Assembly: GCA_963422365.1 (NCBI GenBank) | Contig: OY729426.1 | Span: 1,248,001-1,312,000, forward strand | Reading direction: 5' to 3' | DNA from: Nitrospirales bacterium | GTDB taxonomy: Bacteria; Nitrospirota; Nitrospiria; Nitrospirales; UBA8639 | DNA: 64,000 nucleotides | In this document: positions 50,692 to 57,861 of the stretch, one piece after another | How positions within the stretch are numbered: the stretch's first letter is position 1 | Layout of the letters: the number at the start of each line of letters is the position of its first letter | Made by a program: the position numbers and the translations under genes | Notes under the pieces: model-generated | Databases searched by the model: none | What the model was told of the DNA's origin: nothing | The model's input: the letters and a program-made list of their open reading frames with translations, nothing else

Positions 50692-50983
50692 GTAGAGAAA
50701 TAACGGGCATCAAAACAGATCAGGGAACTCAATTTACCAAAGGAGGTGTGGGGAAATCAGAAAGAACATGTCTCCGAAGGTCTTCTTCGGAGAAGGGGAC
50801 ATGGTATCCGGATAAGAGCTGGAATCCAGGTCAGAATGTTCCGAAGGAAAATGAACACAGGCAAGAAAAAATTTGTAAAATTTCGCAATAATAATGTTTA
50901 CTGAAAAGAAGACATGATCGTTGGCCGGCAAGAACAACGTGCTGCGGCTGGGGGGGGATTAACATTTACAGGAGGAGTCTCAA

Positions 50984-52474
50984 ATGAAAAAATTCGACAA
51001 TGTTATCATGTGGGCAATGGCTGCGGTCCTGATTGCAGGGCTGACGGCCGTTCCGGTTTTTGCCGAGAAAACCACTCCGGCCACGGATAAGAACTCGGCC
51101 GTGCCGGCCGTGCCGCGCGCGATTCCGGATCTGATTCCATATACCAAATTCGATCCGCCGACAAGCAAGCTGTTCGACATCAACAAACTGACCATCTCTG
51201 GCGACCTCAGGGTACGCCCGGAATTCAGAAACAACAATAATTTTGGTGCTGGAAAGAGCAATACGTTTTTCGTGCAGCAATGGGTGCGGCTGGGCTTCAA
51301 CTATTCCATCTCGCCGGACGTGACCTTTTTCTTCCAGCCCCAGTATTCCAAGAATTGGGGGAGAGGCGGGGTTGGCACTGGGGGCACGAGGAACTTAGAT
51401 GCCCTTTCGACCGACGGTAATATCTTTGCCAGACAAGCCTTCATGCTGGTGCGGAACTTCCTGGTGCCGAACCTGACCATCAAAGCCGGACGTCAGTTGG
51501 TGGTCTGGGGCAACCATCGCATGTTCGGGCATTTCGACTGGAACAATAGGGGATGGTCTCACGATGGCCTCACCGCGAACTACCAGCTCGGCAAAGGTGC
51601 CAGCCTGCAAGTCGGCTGGTTGCGGACGGATGAGCAAGACTGCGCGAATGCTACCGCAGGGGGATGTAACGCAGGGAGTACCAATAAAGCCACAGATGAT
51701 GCCGACCTGGTCTACGTCCGGGCGCCCATGAAAGTCGCGGGTCTGGTTCTGGAGCCCACCTACATCTGGCATGGCGGCGGAACTGGTCTTAATGTTGATG
51801 CTCCTCGTCCTCCCGATCAATCCCGGCATACCGTCGGAGGTCGGGCTGTCAAGAAGATGCCTTTGGGCGGTGCCCGCCTGGATGCCACCGTCGAAGGGTA
51901 CTACCAATTCGGGGAGATCGCCGATCCTACAGGGTCTGGCCGGAACGCGGACATCTCGGCCTATGCCTTCCACGTCGATGGGGGTATCACCCTGCCGGTG
52001 CCCATGCAGCCTCGCCTGAGCGCCGAATACAATATAGCGTCAGGTGATGATGATGCTGGTGATGATGACTTCGGAGGGTTTGATCAATTGTACCCCACCA
52101 ACCATATTCACTTCGGGTACATGGACCGCATGTCCTGGAAAAACATGATTCATTATGCGTTCGGTCTTCAACTGCGGCCCACCAAGGACAGCCACTTCGA
52201 AGTGACCGGACACATGTTTGCTCTCAACGAGGAAACCGACCACTGGTATGGTGCTGCCCAAACTCCCGTTATGCGGTCAGCGGGGACCAATACCGAGGAT
52301 GATATAGGCAGTGAAGTTGACGTGGTCTATACCCATTTCTTCACGCCCGGCAATCACGTAGCCTGGCAAATCGGAGGCGGTGTTTTCATGGCCGGTGACT
52401 ATGTCGATAACCAGCGTGGAGGAGATGCTTCCGATCAAAGCTGGGGCTATACCCAACTCTGGGTGAATTTCTAA
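50984..52474 (+). CDS. Alginate-export (AlgE-like) family outer-membrane porin
   Basis: Signal peptide; G.LR.RPE, GRQLVVWG..R.FG..DW, ASGD, FDQLYPTNH...GYMD; C-terminal Phe; strong RBS. Confidence 0.88.
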   Translation: MKKFDNVIMWAMAAVLIAGLTAVPVFAEKTTPATDKNSAVPAVPRAIPDLIPYTKFDPPTSKLFDINKLTISGDLRVRPEFRNNNNFGAGKSNTFFVQQWVRLGFNYSISPDVTFFFQPQYSKNWGRGGVGTGGTRNLDALSTDGNIFARQAFMLVRNFLVPNLTIKAGRQLVVWGNHRMFGHFDWNNRGWSHDGLTANYQLGKGASLQVGWLRTDEQDCANATAGGCNAGSTNKATDDADLVYVRAPMKVAGLVLEPTYIWHGGGTGLNVDAPRPPDQSRHTVGGRAVKKMPLGGARLDATVEGYYQFGEIADPTGSGRNADISAYAFHVDGGITLPVPMQPRLSAEYNIASGDDDAGDDDFGGFDQLYPTNHIHFGYMDRMSWKNMIHYAFGLQLRPTKDSHFEVTGHMFALNEETDHWYGAAQTPVMRSAGTNTEDDIGSEVDVVYTHFFTPGNHVAWQIGGGVFMAGDYVDNQRGGDASDQSWGYTQLWVNF

Positions 52475-52544
52475 GCATGTCATGAATCTGTAAAGAGGCC
52501 GCATCCCCACAGTACTTATGCGGTCAGATTCAATCTCTCTCCCG

Positions 52545-52583
52545 ATCCCCGCTGAGGTTCATCCCTCAGCGGGGATTTTTTTT
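52545..52583 (+). terminator. Intrinsic terminator of the porin gene
   Basis: ATCCCCGCTGAGG-loop-CCTCAGCGGGGAT followed by a T-run. Confidence 0.9.
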
Positions 52584-52586
52584 GAT

Positions 52587-52608
52587 GATTGTATACAATT
52601 ATACAATC
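52587..52608. promoter_or_regulatory. Perfect AT-rich palindrome, possible operator
   Basis: GATTGTATA-CAAT-TATACAATC upstream of the Panacea gene. Confidence 0.4.
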
Positions 52609-52755
52609 GTGCCGAAATATCCGCTTGAATGATCTCATCAATAGGCTTGACATCTGGAGTTGATGGCGTGATCTTCATGTAAACACCGTCCTCTATGAGC
52701 GAAACCCTGAACTGTCAAGTCGAACCAACCATCTCGGAATATCCGAAAGAATGAC

Positions 52756-53274
52756 ATGAAGCACGACGCACGGACTGTCGCGAATAGTCTGATCGAGAAG
52801 GGTCGCAATGCTGGCGCCCCTCTGACTCCGTTGCAGAGTGATGAATTTTGTGCAGATGTCACGCTCGCTGAAGTCGCAATGCTGGCGCCCCTCTGACTCC
52901 GTTGCAGATCATCAAGCCGGTCTACTTCTGTCACGGCCGGATGCTCGGCTTGTATCGACAGCCGTTGATCGAACAGGATGTACAAGCGTGGCTCTATGGT
53001 CCCGTGGTGGCCGAAGTCTACCGGGAGCTAAAAGGAGATGGCGCGGGACTCCGGTCACGGCCCATATCGAGGCGCCGGAAGAGGCATTCGACGAGTTCGA
53101 AGCCGACCTGATCGGGCAGGTCTACGAGAAATATGGTCCGCTCCCAGGTATGGCCTCGTCTCAGCTCACCCACGCTTCGCGTGGTCCTTGGTTTGGCACG
53201 GGGAGGGAAAAAACTCGGTCATCCCGAATGAATTGATCCATGTGTATTACGCCGAACAGGCGAATGCTCTATGA
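52756..53274 (+). pseudogene. Panacea (SocA/GepA, DUF4065) antitoxin, disrupted by a 71-bp repeat+insert and two further frameshifts
   Basis: Reconstruction: MKHDARTVANSLIEKGRNAGAPLTPLQ|IIKPVYFCHG..PLIEQDVQAWLYGPVV / ..VYEKYG...SQLTH...PW / ..VIPNELI..YY. Confidence 0.85.
52802..52908 (+). repeat. Exact 36-bp direct repeat pair around a 35-nt spacer (single CRISPR-like unit, ectopic)
   Basis: GTCGCAATGCTGGCGCCCCTCTGACTCCGTTGCAGA at 52802-52837 and 52873-52908; spacer at 52838-52872. Confidence 0.85.
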
Positions 53275-53623
53275 ATGATCACCGACGAGATGTTTCGGAG
53301 CCGCCGGATCATCTGAGCTATCATCCCGATCCGACTAGTCTCGCCGAGTACAACGCACTTGCCACACAAATCGATCTCGAAGAAAAAACCAACAAGCACC
53401 GGCGCACCGAACAATTCCGCGACCTTTTTTCTCGTGGTATACAGGGGGTGATTGTCCTAGCAATCAGCGTGGCGGTTGTGACGTTGCTGGTGGTGGCCTG
53501 GCACCACCAGACGCCGGCAAATTGGCACTGGCTGACCGACAAGCAGCTTGCTGATCTCAGAACCTTCATCTTTAGCGGTGCAGTCGTTAAGCGCGGTGAC
53601 GAATCATATTCGACGGCACACGT
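53271..53623 (+). pseudogene. Small 2-TM membrane protein coupled to Panacea (putative toxin), apparent +1 frameshift near the 3' end
   Basis: ATGA overlap with the Panacea stop; TM-VVAWH...WHWL..KQL..L-TM; removing one A after GAVV gives SAVTNHIRRHT*. Confidence 0.55.
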
Positions 53624-53817
53624 AAGCATAGTCGGATTTTTGTGTCGTCATTCCGAATACGTTTGATTTTCACTCCGTAATGAAATGTTGTTGGAATTTC
53701 GAAGACCGGACGAGAAAATCGACTTGACCTTGCATGTTCAGGAAAGGCTGGTGTCACTGGAAACGCGGATGTCGGGCTTATGAAACTCGGACCTGAGCTG
53801 AGACGGCCTGGAAAACG

Positions 53818-53865
53818 GGCGGGATGAGATCCCGCCGCTACAAAAGATTGTTTCTGTAGGGCCAT
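53818..53865. repeat. REP elements (family A inverted at 53818-53841; truncated family B at 53856)
   Basis: GGCGGGATGAGATCCCGCCGCTAC; GTAGGGCC. Confidence 0.75.
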
Positions 53866-53875
53866 AGAAGTGTGA

Positions 53876-54220
53876 TTGTATCAGGAAATATACGACGAAA
53901 CGGGAACACTCGTTGAAATCCACTACAAATCTCCAATTGATTATGGCCATCCAAAGGCCGAAGAATGAAGGCAGTGATGAGTTGTGGATAAACTTGCCGC
54001 CTATTTGCACCATGAGCTTTCACTTTCCAGTCTCGTGACGTGTGCGGAAACCGCCTTCATAGACGGTGAATTTGACCACAGCCATTTCAGAGACATTCGA
54101 GACGTTGTGGCTAGGTTGGGGACCGCCGACGTACGAGCGTTTGGCCTGACCTGGGAAGACTGCGAACAATTGCTCCGGCGATTAGGGTATGCAGCACGTA
54201 TCCATATCGAAGCAACCTGA
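53876..54220 (+). pseudogene. Remnant of a two-gene module of small conserved-looking hypothetical proteins
   Basis: C-terminal fragment YQEIYDETGTLVEIHYKSPIDYGH* (53876-53968), then DKLAAYLHHEL...RLGTADVRAFGLTWEDC..LL..LGY (53984-54220). Confidence 0.5.
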
Positions 54221-54278
54221 CAAAGAAACAAGTACGGTCTCTTCTTCTAAGGATTCTCTTGCGTTCTCTCTCTGGAGT

Positions 54279-54363
54279 CACCTGTCTGCGTGCGGACACG
54301 CACAGGCAGGCAGGGCCATGCCTCAAGCTGCCTGGAAAAAGGCGCTATCAGATGTCGCCCTAC
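54279..54363. repeat. CCTGTCTGC..CAGGCAGG hairpin within a REP doublet
   Basis: CCTGTCTGCGTGCGGACACGCACAGGCAGG, with an inverted REP ending in CCCTAC at 54363. Confidence 0.6.
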
Positions 54364-54453
54364 AATAGTCTTGCACATCACCCCGTCGGAGCAGGCTTCT
54401 CCCCTTCCTTTATCCTTCTTCCTTCATAGAGTCACCCCCCCCGGGGGGGGAAA

Positions 54454-56454
54454 TTACCGTGCGAGCGGAATGGTTAAGAGCGGGGAAGAGGACTGAAGCA
54501 GGATGGTGATCTCGTTCGATTCGGAAGCATCCTCGAGAAATTCCCCCACGGTGATGGTGCCGTTTTGATTGCTGTCCGCACTGCCTAGAAGCCCTGCCAG
54601 GACACCGGCAGGTTCGTCGTTTCCTTTCCCCCCTGGCAGTTTGCGAAGCTGGATCACGGGGGTGTGGTCCTGCTGAGAGATGCCGCTGGTCCAGCGAACG
54701 GGGAAGACTCCGGCGGCAAAGGGGTTGTGCTTCCCCAGCGGCGCAACGGGTGTGTCGAGGATGAGCAGGGTTAACCGGTTTTGGAGTTTCCCTAGGAGTC
54801 GCTGAAGCGTTCGTAGGGAGATCAACTCTTTGGTTGATGCATCCGGCGATCCTTCATAGGGCAATAAATAGACTTCGCCGTTCGTCTGGTCCTTTACGGC
54901 CTGGCCGGAAACATACACCATCAGGACGGATTCCTTGCCGATTCGTTGACGAACCCACGTGAGCAGCGACTTTTCAATATCTGATTGTGTGGCCTGGTTT
55001 CCCTGGAGTACGTGGATGTTCTGATCGGTGAACAGACTGGTTGTTTGGAGGGTATCCCGTAATGCCGTCAGGAGGCCTTGGGGGGTGCGATAGGCCTGCG
55101 GCCAGTCTTGTTGATAGGCATCCATCCCGATGAGCATGGCCACGTACGCATCCGTGGCAGGAGGCATTTCCTTTGTCTCCGTGGGAGGACGCTTCTCCTG
55201 AGTTGTTGTGGCAGGCAGCCTCGGTTCCTGGATGGGTGGCTGCGGTTTTGCTGTGCCGGCTTGAATGACAGGTGGTGGTGCGGTGCCTGGCTGGAGAGGT
55301 GCCACAATACGGTGAGACCCGATGGGTGATCCGTCTTCGAGTTGCAGCGCGACCACCAGCTCTGCCTTTTGTTCGGGAACGTTGAGCGGCATGCGTCCTC
55401 GAATCTCCGTGGTTCTGGTTTCTCCGGGCTGGAACGTGCCCATGGAGATGGGAAGCGGTGTCATTTGGGAAAAGGCCTCTACCAGGGTCGCGTTTCCCAC
55501 CACGTTGGCATTGGCCGTGGTGATGGCGATGCTTCCCATGTTGGTGGCTTCAATCATCAGGACAATGGCTTCTCCGCCTTCAAGAATCAGATTATCGTTG
55601 CCATCCTTCAGCATCGTGCGAAAAATAAGGAATGGTCGGTTGATTGGTGTGCCGGGAGATGAAGCCTGGGTTGCGAATTGGGGTGTGGATCGAGCGAATG
55701 CCGGTTGCCGATCCTGGGACGCCGTCAGTGGTTGCGGGCTGCCGTTCTTGATCAGTTCCGGCACCACTCCCACGAGTTGTTCGGCCAGTTCCGCTGCCGC
55801 GCCGTTGATTTTCCCATCGTATTGTCCGGTTGCGCAGGATACGGATTGGCCGGTGAGGGATGGAGCCCAGATCCTGACCTGGCGGTTGAAATGTAAAGGG
55901 GTTTGAGCCAGTTCGACTCCGTTTTTATCGATAAAGACCGCTCGAAGCTGGAGGTTGACGAAGGCTAAATAATTATCCTCCTCTGCCATGCGGTCGACTT
56001 CCTGGAAGGATTGGCCGACCAGGCTGATCTGGATGATCAAATCGCTCGGTTGTATGGCTTGTACGGCTTGTCCGGTTCCTGTATAGGCCGTGACGGCCTG
56101 AAATGTTTCCTGTCCCTTTCTGAGAAAGGTCTGGAGAATACTCTCTCCTGTTTTCAGCGTATACGGAAGGTCGCACGCCTGAATTTCGAGTGTGGCTTCC
56201 GTGACGCTCGGATCAAAGGCATATGCCACCGAGATGGGGATGGCCGGTTCCTTTGGTTGTTCTTTTTCAAATCCCAGGCGAGGCATGCTGATATCAGGGA
56301 AGCCCAAGTCCGGAAAACTGATGTCAGGCGCACTCACGTCCGGAAGGTATTGACAGCCTGAAAACTGGAGAAGCGAGAAGAAAAGAAGGGGCCTCACGAG
56401 GGCGCATATCTTCAGATACATAACACGTAAACTACCTGATGCTTTCACTGGCAT
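54454..56454 (-). CDS. Lipoprotein with a central Ig-like domain and a C-terminal caspase-like (C14) domain lacking the catalytic dyad
   Basis: AGGAGG RBS; lipobox FSGC; AMLIGMDAY..L.G.QAT..DI, YVSGQA, YLLPYE, LILDTP, AD.NQNG.IT. Confidence 0.7.
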   Translation of the reverse strand: MPVKASGSLRVMYLKICALVRPLLFFSLLQFSGCQYLPDVSAPDISFPDLGFPDISMPRLGFEKEQPKEPAIPISVAYAFDPSVTEATLEIQACDLPYTLKTGESILQTFLRKGQETFQAVTAYTGTGQAVQAIQPSDLIIQISLVGQSFQEVDRMAEEDNYLAFVNLQLRAVFIDKNGVELAQTPLHFNRQVRIWAPSLTGQSVSCATGQYDGKINGAAAELAEQLVGVVPELIKNGSPQPLTASQDRQPAFARSTPQFATQASSPGTPINRPFLIFRTMLKDGNDNLILEGGEAIVLMIEATNMGSIAITTANANVVGNATLVEAFSQMTPLPISMGTFQPGETRTTEIRGRMPLNVPEQKAELVVALQLEDGSPIGSHRIVAPLQPGTAPPPVIQAGTAKPQPPIQEPRLPATTTQEKRPPTETKEMPPATDAYVAMLIGMDAYQQDWPQAYRTPQGLLTALRDTLQTTSLFTDQNIHVLQGNQATQSDIEKSLLTWVRQRIGKESVLMVYVSGQAVKDQTNGEVYLLPYEGSPDASTKELISLRTLQRLLGKLQNRLTLLILDTPVAPLGKHNPFAAGVFPVRWTSGISQQDHTPVIQLRKLPGGKGNDEPAGVLAGLLGSADSNQNGTITVGEFLEDASESNEITILLQSSSPLLTIPLAR

Positions 56455-56592
56455 GCAACCTCCTCTCAGTGCTTCCTTTTTCACTCCACACAGGAAATGG
56501 CTTGATCTGTCTTGACTTGAGCATACATTGACAGGCGTGCAGGAGAGGTTGGGACATCTGTGTAGGGGCACATCTCAAATGAACAGGAAGAA

Positions 56593-56616
56593 GGCGGGAT
56601 GAGATCCCGCCGCTAC
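56593..56616 (-). repeat. REP family A (GTAGCGGCGGGATCTCATCCCGCC)
   Basis: Perfect reverse copy; a degenerate forward REP start lies at ~56562. Confidence 0.8.
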
Positions 56617-56904
56617 AAATCGAATTGGCGTTGGTCGACGCGCATGCCTGGCACGTGTTGATCCGAGTTGACGGTTATGCCTGGGCTTCGTTGGACCGGC
56701 TCGATGTGCCCCTTGAGTCCAATGTGTTCCCGGTGGTTCGACGAAACCCGGAGGATCCGCCTCTTTACCCCAGGAAGGAAGAAGATGCTCATGATGTCGT
56801 CATGCGAGCGGTTGCCGGCAGTGATGCCGTGAATCAGGCGGTGATGCATTTGAAAGAAGCCTGGGGCCGGTCCTGAACCGGAACAGGGCCGTTTGCTTTT
56901 CCCT

Positions 56905-57141
56905 TCATGAACAGGTAGGGCCGCATCTCATGCGGCCAAAGAAGGCTTCAACTTCGCTGACTTCGACGTGATCTGGAAGGCCTTGGGCCAGGCTGGTTTT
57001 GAGACTGGCAAGAATGGCTTCTTGACTGTTGGCTAACGCTTCTTCGTGGGTTTGTCCTTGAGAGACACAGCCGGGCAGGGCCGGACAATTGACGACAGAA
57101 TACCCAGCTTCGTCTTGTTCGATGGTGACAAGAAATCGCAT
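56905..57141 (-). CDS. hicB: HicB-family antitoxin (orphan; 3' end runs into a REP)
   Basis: F.VTIEQDE.GY..V.CPALPGCVSQG.T.EEALAN..EAI; REP at 56915-56937 overlaps the C-terminus. Confidence 0.8.
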   Translation of the reverse strand: MRFLVTIEQDEAGYSVVNCPALPGCVSQGQTHEEALANSQEAILASLKTSLAQGLPDHVEVSEVEAFFGRMRCGPTCS

Positions 57142-57190
57142 GGTATTCTCCTTTGGACTATGATCTCTAGCCTAACCCAATAGGCGGTGT

Positions 57191-57688
57191 CTAGCGATAA
57201 TTGACGAACTGCAGGTCGATGCCGAAGTCTTCTTGTTTCAGAAAATTGATGACGGCCTGCAGTTCGTCCTTGCTCTTGCTCTGCACGCGCACGTGGTCGC
57301 CTTGAATCTGCGACTGCGCTTTGAACTTTTTTTCCTTCATGCGCTTTGCAATGGCCTTGGCTTTGTCTTCGACAATCCCGCTTTGAATCGTGACGTGTTG
57401 CCGAATGGTCCCCCCAAGGGCTTGTTCCACCTTGCCGTAGTCGAGGGCTTTCAACGACACGCTTCGTTTCACGCATTTTCCCTTGAGGATGTCGATGACC
57501 GCCTTGAGTTTATAGTCGTCGTCCGCCGCGACTTCCAAGAGGTGGTCTTTTTCCTTGAGCGTGACCCTGGATTGCGACCCCTTGAAATCGAATCGCTGAC
57601 CGATTTCTTTCATGGTTTGATCAACCGCGTTTTTGACTTCTTGCATGTCAACCGTGGATGTCACATCAAAAGAGAACGTATCCGCCAT
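57191..57688 (-). CDS. yajQ: YajQ family nucleotide-binding protein
   Basis: SFDVTS..D.QEV.NA, RFDFKG, QIQGD.VRV..K.KDELQ, LQFVNYR. Confidence 0.95.
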   Translation of the reverse strand: MADTFSFDVTSTVDMQEVKNAVDQTMKEIGQRFDFKGSQSRVTLKEKDHLLEVAADDDYKLKAVIDILKGKCVKRSVSLKALDYGKVEQALGGTIRQHVTIQSGIVEDKAKAIAKRMKEKKFKAQSQIQGDHVRVQSKSKDELQAVINFLKQEDFGIDLQFVNYR

Positions 57689-57711
57689 GAAGCCGTCTCC
57701 TTTATGAATGG

Positions 57712-57804
57712 AGTGGCTGCATCTTCTGTTGCCCGGGAAAGGCGCCATGAGATGTCGCCGCTACAAGAAAGATGAAATTCCGTAGGGCCGCATCTTCTGC
57801 GGCC
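57712..57804. repeat. REP cluster at the boundary of the defence island
   Basis: GGCGCCATGAGATGTCGCCGCTAC (57741-57764) and GTAGGGCCGCATCTTCTGCGGCC (57782-57804). Confidence 0.75.
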
Positions 57805-57861
57805 TGGAAAACCACGCAGTAGAAAGTGCGTGGTTCCATGGATGTCTGATGACGAGGTTGA

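Noticed and set aside
52802..52908. Calling this a functional CRISPR array
   Set aside because: Only two repeats, no leader or cas genes in the window, and the repeat is native coding sequence; reported as a possible ectopic integration instead.
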